Below are positions 16,431-25,302 of a stretch of DNA of 32,000 bases, in pieces. The notes below the pieces were generated by a model. That model worked only from the letters and a program-made list of their open reading frames with translations. It made no database searches and had not been told where the DNA came from. The stretch spans positions 67,992-99,991 of the forward strand of contig JBHLKY010000018.1 in NCBI GenBank assembly GCA_048886185.1, written 5' to 3'. The DNA is from Candidatus Hermodarchaeota archaeon. Lineage in GTDB: Archaea; Asgardarchaeota; Heimdallarchaeia; Hodarchaeales; Hodarchaeaceae. Every line of letters begins with the position of its first letter. Within the stretch, counting starts at the first letter, position 1. Both the position numbers and the translations under genes were made by a program.

Positions 16431-18013
16431 TAATTGAAATCGCTATTGCTAGAGTTTTTCTTCGAAGAAATATTTTTATATCTGATAATTAAATCTGTGG
16501 TTACTTTTGCACTGGAAACAACACCAGGTAATCCTGCTCCTGGATGAGTTCCAGCACCCACTAAATAGAGACCATCAATGTCTTCAGATTTGTTATGTGG
16601 ACGGAACCACGCTGATTGAGTAAAAATTGGTTCAACAGAAAAGCCAGAACCTTTAAAGCTATTATAATCTCGTTCAAAATCGAGTGGAGTTAAAATTCGC
16701 TCTGTAACTAAGTTCTCTTTTAGTCCAGGGAGATAATTCTCTTCAAGAAAATCAAAAATTCGTTGTTTAAATGGTTCAGCCATTTTTTCCCAATTAATAC
16801 CAGAATCTAGATGAGGGACTGGAATCAGAATGTAAAAAGTTTCATGTCCTTCAGGTGCTAAACTTGGATCAGTTCGAGTGGGGAGATGTAAATAGCTGGA
16901 AAAATCTTCCGCTAAAATCTTTTTCTTGAAAATATCTTCCAATAATCCTTTGTAGCGGGGACCCAAAATAATTGTGTGATGTTTCATCTCTGGATATTGC
17001 TTTTTCGTACCAAAATAAATTACTACTAATCCCATAGAATATTTTGCTTTTTTATAACGTTTATCACTATTTTTCTTACGCCACTTGGCATCAATCATTT
17101 TTGTGTATGTAAAAGCTGGATCAGCATTACTAATTATAATTTTAGATGGATAAAAATCATTTGAAGTAGTGAAAACGCCTACAGCTTGATTTTTTCTGAT
17201 CTCAATCTTTTTTACCTCAGTATTCAATACAATTTTACCCCCAAGCTCCTCAAATAGGTCTGCTAACGCATTTACTAACACAGTTGTACCACCACGAGCA
17301 AACCAAACTCCAAATTCTTTTTCGAGGTATTGAATAAGGCTATAAATTGAAGGAACCGAGAATGGATTCCCACCAATAAGTAAAGGATGAAAACTAAATA
17401 CCATTCTGAGATTTTCATGTCTTATATACTTAGAGACAAAATTATAATTTGATCGATATGATTGCAGCTTGATAAGAGAGGGAGCTACTTTAAGCATAGA
17501 AGTGAACTTGTGAAATGGTTTAAATGATAAGTCTTTGAATCCTTTCTCGTAGATCGGTTTAACTGCTTTAAGCATACGTTTATATCCTTCTACATCTTCA
17601 GGACTTATTTTTTCAATTTGAGGAATGTTTTTATCTGGAGTGGAATAGTCAAAAAAACTTCCATCGTTGAAATGAATCCGGTAAAAGGGCTCCACAGGGA
17701 CTAACTTAACATAATCCTCCAATTTTCGATCAGCTAAGCTAAATAAATCCCTAAAGATGTCAGGTACTGTTATCACAGTTGGTCCTCCGTCAAAAATGAA
17801 ACCTTGATCTTTGAAGACTCTAGCTCGACCACCAACCTGATCTAATTTTTCTAACATGATAACATTATATCTACCCGTGGCTTGGAGTCGAATTCCAGCC
17901 GCCAATCCCCCAATCCCTGACCCAACGATAACTACGGGTTCGAGATTCGTTTCAAATTGTTTATGTTGAAACATCTGAGACTGTTTATCATGGTTATTAC
18001 TCATTTCTCGCAC
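16430..18013 (-). CDS. crtI: Phytoene desaturase (CrtI family)
   Basis: FAD-binding VIVGSGIGGLAAG, EK.DQVGGRA and FDGGPTVIT, with C-terminal LYLVGAGTHPGAGLPGVVSSA. Confidence 0.95.
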   Translation of the reverse strand: MREMSNNHDKQSQMFQHKQFETNLEPVVIVGSGIGGLAAGIRLQATGRYNVIMLEKLDQVGGRARVFKDQGFIFDGGPTVITVPDIFRDLFSLADRKLEDYVKLVPVEPFYRIHFNDGSFFDYSTPDKNIPQIEKISPEDVEGYKRMLKAVKPIYEKGFKDLSFKPFHKFTSMLKVAPSLIKLQSYRSNYNFVSKYIRHENLRMVFSFHPLLIGGNPFSVPSIYSLIQYLEKEFGVWFARGGTTVLVNALADLFEELGGKIVLNTEVKKIEIRKNQAVGVFTTSNDFYPSKIIISNADPAFTYTKMIDAKWRKKNSDKRYKKAKYSMGLVVIYFGTKKQYPEMKHHTIILGPRYKGLLEDIFKKKILAEDFSSYLHLPTRTDPSLAPEGHETFYILIPVPHLDSGINWEKMAEPFKQRIFDFLEENYLPGLKENLVTERILTPLDFERDYNSFKGSGFSVEPIFTQSAWFRPHNKSEDIDGLYLVGAGTHPGAGLPGVVSSAKVTTDLIIRYKNISSKKNSSNSDFN

Positions 18014-18100
18014 GTCTATTCCCTTAACAAATCAATGTGGCATTCATAATAAAGACTTTTTCAACTAAAAACCTATTTTCGAAAGGTATTTAAGTATTTA

Positions 18101-18129
18101 TTCATGAAGTTGATTTGATTCATGAACTG
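18101..18129. promoter_or_regulatory. Candidate operator in the crtI/crtB divergent promoter
   Basis: TTCAT(18101-18105)-N16-ATGAA(18122-18126), which is also two ATTCATGAA copies 18 nt apart. It lies just downstream of the TATA-like TTTAAGTA relative to crtB. Confidence 0.6.
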
Positions 18130-18146
18130 TTAATGGGTAATTTAAA

Positions 18147-19091
18147 ATGTATTCAACTCAAAACACAATCGATTGGGGACTTTATCCAAAAAATATGATA
18201 ACTAAATACAGTTTATTGGATAAAACACTTGAAGAAAGCTATCAAGTCTGTTTAGAGTGGATGGCAGAGCATAGTAAATCATTCTATTTTGCTAGCCGAT
18301 TTTTACCTGAAGATCAACGTAAAAGTGTTGCTGCTCTCTATGCTATTTGTCGATTAAGCGATGATATAGTTGATGAAGCTCCAGAGGGAGTCACCATTGA
18401 GCAGATTAATTATGAACTTGATCAACTGAAAAATACTATTACACAATTGGCCAATGGATATAGTTCTACTAATCCAATTCTTCATGCATTTGGAGATACC
18501 TTGCGTCAACATCAAATTCCAGTTCATTACATGCATGAGCTTATAGAGGGTGTGAGAATGGACCTTATAAAAACCGAGTACTATTCAGAGGTTGAACTCG
18601 ATTTATACATGTATCGGGTTGCAAGTACTGTTGGTCAAATGATGACTCACATCTTTATTAGAAATCCAGCGAAACAAACACTAGCAAGAGCTGCAGATCT
18701 AGGTAAAGCAATGCAATTAACCAATATATTAAGAGATATTAAAGAAGATTTCCTAAAGGGGCGAATATACCTTCCACAAGAAACTCGGAATGACTATCAA
18801 GTTACCGTTGAGGATTTAAGATCTGATAAAGTTAATGAGAACCTCAAATCACTAATTCGTTATGAATCTAGAAGAGCAAAAGCTTTCTATAACATAGCTG
18901 AACTTGGTATTGAGGAATTACCCCCTGCAGGAGCTTATACGGTAAAAGTTGCCTCAAGAGTATATGGGGAGATTCTTAATGAGATAAAGCGACGCAAATA
19001 TCAAGTTTTAAGTCAACGAGCGGTTGTTTCTAAACTAAGAAAAATCATTCTAGCTACTAAAGTACGTTTAGAATATGTACAAAAACTTTAA
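18147..19091 (+). CDS. crtB: Phytoene synthase
   Basis: HSKSFYFASRFLP, LYAICRLSDDIVDE, YRVASTVG and AMQLTNILRDIKED..GRIYLP. Confidence 0.95.
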   Translation: MYSTQNTIDWGLYPKNMITKYSLLDKTLEESYQVCLEWMAEHSKSFYFASRFLPEDQRKSVAALYAICRLSDDIVDEAPEGVTIEQINYELDQLKNTITQLANGYSSTNPILHAFGDTLRQHQIPVHYMHELIEGVRMDLIKTEYYSEVELDLYMYRVASTVGQMMTHIFIRNPAKQTLARAADLGKAMQLTNILRDIKEDFLKGRIYLPQETRNDYQVTVEDLRSDKVNENLKSLIRYESRRAKAFYNIAELGIEELPPAGAYTVKVASRVYGEILNEIKRRKYQVLSQRAVVSKLRKIILATKVRLEYVQKL

Positions 19092-19125
19092 GCAGTTCAT
19101 AAAATAACAATACGTCATGAACAGC
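19092..19125. promoter_or_regulatory. Second copy of the candidate operator, upstream of the B12 regulator
   Basis: GCAGTTCAT-N16-ATGAACAGC (8/9 arm match), with the same TTCAT-N16-ATGAA geometry as the site at 18101-18126. Confidence 0.55.
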
Positions 19126-19157
19126 TTCAAGAAATCCTAGAATGGACGCACCGCCCT

Positions 19158-20099
19158 ATGGAAAATACTCAATTACCAGCAAGAGATCGCATATTTCGAT
19201 ACTTAAGAAAAAATCGCGGAAGAGAAGTGCCTGCTTCTGAGCTCGCATCTCGCCTAGATCTCAAACGTTCAACAATTTCTAACGCCATAAAGGAACTTAA
19301 TCTACTTGGATTAATCGAAATCGAACGACGTCCACTTAAGCGAGGGCGATATACAGTAATATACTTGACTGAAGACCTAATAAAAGAACCGTACATACAT
19401 AAGAATGAGATATTGAAGAGAAAAAAGGAGTCTAAAGAGCGAAGAAATGAGGAAATATCCCCTTTCTTTGAATCAGCTACCATGGCTGATACAATTAAAT
19501 ACCTTAAATCCCCTAATTATAACACTGAGGAGTTTTTTATAAAAATTGATTCAATATTTACTGATAGGATCTCTCTTATCACTGATTTTATAACCCCACT
19601 AATGCATGAGGTCGGTGAACAATGGGCTCGAACAGATCTTTCAACAGCTGAAGAACATGTTATTTCTAATCGAATTATCCAGCTTATCGATGCAAGAATG
19701 CCAACAAATGATAATATAGAAAAAAAAGGCCTCGTAATATTAGTACCTGTAGAAGGGGAAAGACATGTCATAAGTTTATTGGCCTTAGAATATATTCTCC
19801 GAGATTTAAAATATAATACCATTAATCTAGGTCGCGCATTACCCGTTGGATCATTAATTCAATACATCAAAACCCTTCCAATGTTACCTGATTGGATTTT
19901 TATGTCCGTTACCCTTCCCACATATCTTGGAACAATTAGACGAAATTTGGAATATTTATATGATAATTTTAATGATCAAATTCGTTTTGCTGTCGGTGGG
20001 CAGGGAATTTCAGAGAATGAACGCAATTTATTTCCTGAAGCGGATGTTGTGGCCATTAATAAAGAGGATTTAATGAATTTTATTAAAATACTTAGATAA
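19158..20099 (+). CDS. CarH/LitR-type cobalamin-binding transcriptional regulator with an N-terminal winged-helix domain
   Basis: N-terminal HTH (ASELASRLDLKRSTISNAIKEL...GLI). W-x9-E-H motif (19623-19658). E-x-H-x-x-S at 19758-19775 (canonical ExHxxG). LGRALP, MSVT and GGQG of the B12 Rossmann domain. Adjacent to crtB. Confidence 0.88.
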   Translation: MENTQLPARDRIFRYLRKNRGREVPASELASRLDLKRSTISNAIKELNLLGLIEIERRPLKRGRYTVIYLTEDLIKEPYIHKNEILKRKKESKERRNEEISPFFESATMADTIKYLKSPNYNTEEFFIKIDSIFTDRISLITDFITPLMHEVGEQWARTDLSTAEEHVISNRIIQLIDARMPTNDNIEKKGLVILVPVEGERHVISLLALEYILRDLKYNTINLGRALPVGSLIQYIKTLPMLPDWIFMSVTLPTYLGTIRRNLEYLYDNFNDQIRFAVGGQGISENERNLFPEADVVAINKEDLMNFIKILR

Positions 20100-20157
20100 A
20101 CGATTGACTAAGAGTTTTTTTGATGTTTCACTGAATTATAATTAGAATTACTTGGTT

Positions 20158-20448
20158 TTAAGGAATAAATTTGGTCATCTCAATTAAATGCCTCTTTAAT
20201 CTCTCCAAATCAATAACCATCAGATCCAACATGGCTAATCTGGCTATAATAGCATAAAGATCTGGCTTTCGAGGATCGTCATTTGTTTTGAGTTTAACTT
20301 CCCAGAGATTACGTTTTTCTTTGTATTTTGCAACTAAATCTACTAATTCGTCAATTATTTTAGGAATTTTCTGCTCAGTTGCATAAATACTAACTGACTC
20401 ACTACTTTCTTTTAGTTCTTTACTTTTAGACATCAAATTTCTACTCAT
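20158..20448 (-). CDS. Small hypothetical helical-hairpin protein
   Basis: 96-aa ATG ORF with amphipathic helices and no competing ORF. Confidence 0.6.
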   Translation of the reverse strand: MSRNLMSKSKELKESSESVSIYATEQKIPKIIDELVDLVAKYKEKRNLWEVKLKTNDDPRKPDLYAIIARLAMLDLMVIDLERLKRHLIEMTKFIP

Positions 20449-20982
20449 GATTTTTGAAACCGATCAGGATTTCCTTGAAAACCTAATAGATGACTTATGA
20501 TCTAATATATTATCCTAAATCATCTTTAGGTTTATGATTCCAATTATTTCTTACTCTAAGTGTAATACTGTTCTTTTACCTTAAAAATACATCTGTAACG
20601 AAAATCAGCAAGAAGTTATGCTTTCAGTTTAAATAATAAAACATGATTGTTTAATGGGCTTTAATCCATAAACTCTAGTTTGTGAGTTTAAATCCTCTCA
20701 ATTGACTTTGTTTTTATAGACTTGCTCATCAGATTGGTTCTTTCAAGACTTCTAGATGTACCATTTATCTATAGTTGAATTGAAGTTGGAATTTTTAACA
20801 ATGACTTTATCCTTAGGATTATTCTATGCCTTTTGGAAATATTCTCCAATTAAAGTTGCTTTTCAAGGACTAGGTCCAATTAAATTATTTTTAGTAGAAC
20901 TAGAAAAAAAGAAGGAAAAGAAAAAAATTCTCACTAATATTTGAATTCCTCATATTTCAACCTAATGGAAATTATGCTCGAT

Positions 20983-21753
20983 TTAAATCGATCCTACCAG
21001 GATTGCATAGACTATTGGACCTACCATCGTTCCCCCAATGTTCGTTGTTATATGCAGGCCAATGGCAGGGAGTACACTTTGATATTTCTCTCTTAAAGAG
21101 GCTGTAAAGAACCCTAGAGTTATCGTCATTGAAAAGATAATACTAACTGTCATAAAATCAGCTCCTAAAAGTATCAAAGGTAAGTGTATTAAACCAAAGA
21201 ATATTGTACTAAAGAGAATGGGATATGAGATATTATAGCTTCTAATTTTCATTTTCAGACCTTCTAGAGGACTCAGATAACCTTGTAATAAACCTCTAAC
21301 GAAAATTTCTTCTGCAATACTGGCTAGAAACCAAATAAGGACTATTTTTTCTCTAATCCCTAGATCTTTTAGAAGTGGATTTCCACTTGCTCCTGTTACG
21401 ATAATGATAATGGTAGCAATTGAACCGATTAATAATCCTAATCCTATGATATAGCCCCATTTAAGTTCTCCGATAGGTTTACGCAATCCATAATCAGTTA
21501 ATTTTCCTTTTCTCAAAAAAATAGCAACACTAAAGGAGAGGGAAAGAAACATTAAGTCAGTTATTAGCAATTTTGAACTATTTCCTCCTTCTATAATCGG
21601 ACCATATGTTTCAGCAGTTAGAAATATAGCAAGAAGCTGAGACACCAAATAAATACTGAAACCTACTAGAAAAGCTGCAATTAATAGATTTACAGAGTTA
21701 TCACCCATAACTTCATCTTCCAAAGATTTATTCGCACTTTTTTTAATATACAT
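20983..21753 (-). CDS. CPBP-family (Abi/Rce1-like) intramembrane glutamic protease
   Basis: EEIFVRG, FGLIH and LHITTN motifs in a multi-TM protein. Confidence 0.92.
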   Translation of the reverse strand: MYIKKSANKSLEDEVMGDNSVNLLIAAFLVGFSIYLVSQLLAIFLTAETYGPIIEGGNSSKLLITDLMFLSLSFSVAIFLRKGKLTDYGLRKPIGELKWGYIIGLGLLIGSIATIIIIVTGASGNPLLKDLGIREKIVLIWFLASIAEEIFVRGLLQGYLSPLEGLKMKIRSYNISYPILFSTIFFGLIHLPLILLGADFMTVSIIFSMTITLGFFTASLREKYQSVLPAIGLHITTNIGGTMVGPIVYAILVGSI

Positions 21754-21811
21754 CGGACTATTTCCTAATATTTATTATAAGATAGAAATTATTCACCGAA
21801 TAACCCATTCT

Positions 21812-21848
21812 TATTCGTTTTGTTTTTTTCGCAAAACGAATATATAAA
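21812..21848 (-). promoter_or_regulatory. 11-bp perfect inverted repeat abutting a minus-strand TATA box upstream of the CPBP gene
   Basis: TATTCGTTTTG(21812-21822)-N9-CAAAACGAATA(21832-21842). The minus strand reads TTTATATA at 21848-21841. Confidence 0.55.
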
Positions 21849-22051
21849 GTTAATGCTTTTTGCAATTAGAACAAAACCAATAGAAATCTATTAAAATATA
21901 GATATATCTATTAAAGGAGAAGTACGAAATAAATAATCATTCGACATATCTAAAATTAAAAACCAAAATGTAATCTAAACATAATTAGCAAAAAGCTTTT
22001 TATTAAGAACAGAGGCTGAGTTTACCAATCAATACTAACTTTAACAATAAA

Positions 22052-22909
22052 ATGGTAATAAAAATGCTAGACGAGTCTGTGACTGATATAAAAATCGCAA
22101 TTAAAGTTTATTTGGAATACAAGAAAGAGTATATCAAGACATTTCTACTATTCTTGACTGGAATTGTTGTATTAGTGTTTAGTGGCTTTATTATCCTACG
22201 ATTTGTCATATTGGAGAACTATTTTCAATTCGATGAAATCATCAGATTATTTATCATATTGATTATCCTATTAATTCTTTCCTTAATATTTTTCTTACTT
22301 CTATCATATGCAAGGACTACTTTTGGTTTAACATATGATATTATGACATCTGGGGAATTATATACAGAGTTCAGAAGATCTCTCACATATTTTAAGAAAT
22401 TTTGGTTGTATTTCATTCTATTATCATTACCTTATGCTTTAATCATTGGACTGGATCAACTATTTGGTTTATTCTCTTTATTAGAATTAATTCAATCACA
22501 TGACGGGAATCGTAATCTCCTAGTAATAATTAAGATTGTTGTCTATTTATTCGATTTTCTGCTATATATTTCCTTAATTGAAATATTCCCAAGTATTATA
22601 GTAGTTAAAAATCTAAGACAATCTATAACTGAGAATTTTACAATTGCTAGTCAAAATTTTAATCGCCTCTTTTACTCAATAGGAACCTATTATATAGCCT
22701 TTCGAGGACCGATGTTTCTTGTTGATATAACTCGGATTTTAATAGTTGCTAATGAGACAACATTCTTATTTTTCAATATTATTTTTGCCATAGTTGCTTT
22801 TATAAATGCCCTAATTGGCCTTCCCATTCTTAGTTTAATCTCAACACGAATTTATAACACCATTATATTGACAACAGCAACTGATGGTATAGAATCTCAT
22901 GATAAATAA
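22052..22909 (+). CDS. Hypothetical integral membrane protein (about 5-6 TM)
   Basis: 285-aa hydrophobic ORF. No catalytic motif recognised. Confidence 0.8.
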   Translation: MVIKMLDESVTDIKIAIKVYLEYKKEYIKTFLLFLTGIVVLVFSGFIILRFVILENYFQFDEIIRLFIILIILLILSLIFFLLLSYARTTFGLTYDIMTSGELYTEFRRSLTYFKKFWLYFILLSLPYALIIGLDQLFGLFSLLELIQSHDGNRNLLVIIKIVVYLFDFLLYISLIEIFPSIIVVKNLRQSITENFTIASQNFNRLFYSIGTYYIAFRGPMFLVDITRILIVANETTFLFFNIIFAIVAFINALIGLPILSLISTRIYNTIILTTATDGIESHDK

Positions 22910-22929
22910 GTCACTAGGGTCACATTAAT

Positions 22930-23265
22930 ATGTTCCATGACAACTCTGAATCAGATGCTAGTTCTGATATTCCTGAATCAAAAATTATCAGTGATCCGTC
23001 CACTGTTCCAGTTTTATTCCATGAAAAAAAGCAGATGATACTCAATTTATTGCTTGAAAAGGAGTTAAACATAATGGAATTGAAACAAGAAACAAATTTA
23101 AACCCTGGAACTATCAAAAGATATCTTGATGACCTTGTTTCGAATGATTTAGCTTTTCTTTCTCGAAAGGTACAAAATGAATATGGTTTTTTTCTTAAAT
23201 ACTACCGTGCGACAGCAAAATCCTTTATTATTCATATCGAGTGGCCATCAGACGTTCCGATTTGA
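22930..23265 (+). CDS. ArsR-like winged-helix transcriptional regulator
   Basis: KKQMILNLLLEKELNIMELK...NPGTIKRYLDDLV...KYYRATAKSF. Starts 20 nt after the upstream membrane gene. Confidence 0.85.
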   Translation: MFHDNSESDASSDIPESKIISDPSTVPVLFHEKKQMILNLLLEKELNIMELKQETNLNPGTIKRYLDDLVSNDLAFLSRKVQNEYGFFLKYYRATAKSFIIHIEWPSDVPI

Positions 23266-23339
23266 TTCTATGAGCTGCAATCATGGCTTCAATGATCCCA
23301 TTTACATAAAGATCTGGCTTTAAAAAATTGTGTTGAAAA

Positions 23340-25142
23340 TTATTTGTTATCATTTTCATCGAAATTCGATATAGCTCTTCCCTTCAATAGCCTGATCTCG
23401 TGGAACATGTATCCAAATGCACATAAGCCAAGAATAGGAACCACAGTTACTTTTATTAACAAAGGAATCTCTGCAGTCAACTGATTATAAGTGAATATTC
23501 CGATTATGTTCCGTTCTTGGTAATAAATTAGGGGAAGAATGAATATAAGTATTACATTTACAATGCCATATATTTTAAAGAGAGTAACGCCTCTTTCATT
23601 GAACTCTTGAGGAAGGCTGCGAGAAGCAAGATATAAGAGTAGTCCACCCACAACGAATGTTAAGATAATTATCAACGGGGGGGAATCAAATCCATAGTAA
23701 TCTTCTAATGGAAAACTCAGATCGTAATAGTTTTCATAGAATCCACGATAAACTAAATAGAATGCAAAAGTTTGGTAGTTAAGTGGTTCATCATATTCAT
23801 GAAGTACAATTCCAAAAGGAATGATATATTGAATAATTATCCGGCAAACCACCCATCCCAGTAAAAACGCTCCTACTTGGATATACTGTGCTTTTGTATC
23901 ATTTTGTAAAGATGAATAGAATAAATATCCAATTCCTAAAAACGTGAAACCAAATAGATCTAAATGGAATATACTAACAGAAATAAGTCCCATTTCATCG
24001 AAAGTCTCCATTCCCCTAAAATTAAGTACAAAAACCAGTATAAGTGCATTTTGTATTAACAAAATCCCTAATCCACTTTTTATAATCATAATATAGATTT
24101 GAGTTAAAGTTGAATCATTAGTGATAACTTGAGGTAAGGCTTTAGCAGTCACTATTCCTCCAACTACTCCAAATACGAAAATCACGGTCATTAATAAGGA
24201 TAATTCAATAATGTACACCTTTTTTGGAATATAATTATGAGGGGATTCCAATAAAGGATTTATATCAAAAACTCTCAAAGGATATTCTCCCTGAGAAAGC
24301 CATTCCCAAACAGTATAATTTCCTGTCCCTTTATAATCAGACCAATAGTTTCCTCCAAATGTTTCAGTCAAGAGCTTTCGATCATCCCTATTTATGAAAT
24401 AAGCGAACTCAAAAACGAAATAGTAATCTAGCCCAGCATTTTTCTTGTTTTGAATAAAAGAATTTGAGGAAATTCGATTGAAACTCCCTAGTGCATAATA
24501 GAGTCCCCACTTCTTGTTATCAGCAATTAGGTTTCCACTGATTGAGGAATTTTCAACACCTGATAAATAAATCCCAATATTAAAGTTCTGGGTACATGTG
24601 TTATTTTCAATAGTTACATAATTAGCATTTTTCTTTACATAATGTTCATCATAATAGCCATAATAGGCAATTCCATATGCCCCATTGAACCGAATAGTGT
24701 TATTAATGATTTTGGTTGAATTTACACCTTGAACCACGATTCCTTTCCAACAACGCTCTACAGTGTTATTTACGACTGTGACTGTTCCTGGAGTTACATC
24801 TTCGATAAAGATTCCAGAATCCTCATGTGAGCTGCTTGCTTCTATCCAGCAATTTCTGATGATTACATACTTACTAGTTTTATGAATGTAGATTCCATAA
24901 TTATGATCTTTTGCGTTGATTTTCCACCCTTCCAATATAAATGGATCTGTTTCATTTCCTGAACCTTTAACAGCATTAGCGGCTAGCGCAGTGTCACTTG
25001 AAATCTTAATTGGCTCATGTATTGTATAGGAGGAATCTTTTGATTCTGTTATATAAAAAGATGTTCCAAATGTAATGAGAATCGGGGCCACAACCAACAC
25101 ACACGTAACTACTAGTAGAAATCCCTTCTTCCCTCTTAACAT
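23340..25142 (-). CDS. Right-handed beta-helix (NosD/CASH-like) ectodomain fused to a multi-TM domain
   Basis: Signal/TM segment, HEPIKI...GSGNETDPFILEG..I...GIYI..T...IIRNCWI and N-rich GI repeats, then about 7 hydrophobic helices. Confidence 0.85.
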   Translation of the reverse strand: MLRGKKGFLLVVTCVLVVAPILITFGTSFYITESKDSSYTIHEPIKISSDTALAANAVKGSGNETDPFILEGWKINAKDHNYGIYIHKTSKYVIIRNCWIEASSSHEDSGIFIEDVTPGTVTVVNNTVERCWKGIVVQGVNSTKIINNTIRFNGAYGIAYYGYYDEHYVKKNANYVTIENNTCTQNFNIGIYLSGVENSSISGNLIADNKKWGLYYALGSFNRISSNSFIQNKKNAGLDYYFVFEFAYFINRDDRKLLTETFGGNYWSDYKGTGNYTVWEWLSQGEYPLRVFDINPLLESPHNYIPKKVYIIELSLLMTVIFVFGVVGGIVTAKALPQVITNDSTLTQIYIMIIKSGLGILLIQNALILVFVLNFRGMETFDEMGLISVSIFHLDLFGFTFLGIGYLFYSSLQNDTKAQYIQVGAFLLGWVVCRIIIQYIIPFGIVLHEYDEPLNYQTFAFYLVYRGFYENYYDLSFPLEDYYGFDSPPLIIILTFVVGGLLLYLASRSLPQEFNERGVTLFKIYGIVNVILIFILPLIYYQERNIIGIFTYNQLTAEIPLLIKVTVVPILGLCAFGYMFHEIRLLKGRAISNFDENDNK

Positions 25143-25302
25143 TTCTAATTTACCATCCTTAGTACTCTATAACATAGAAATTAACTGAAATTTATCATAT
25201 CATGGACTCGAATACTACTAAAATATTTCTATTATTTAAGCTAAAATATTGTCATCATTCTTTCTAAATTTATCCATTATCTCTCAATAAAATTAAGTCT
25301 GA

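Noticed and set aside
18354-19822. ORFs 18354-18536, 19169-19483 and 19517-19822
   Set aside because: Antisense to crtB and the B12 regulator, both of which have strong motifs.
20756-20944. 62-aa ORF with a hydrophobic stretch and Lys-rich end, as a small membrane protein or pseudogene remnant
   Set aside because: No recognisable family, no adjoining frame extends it, and the K-run comes from an A-rich terminator-like tract.
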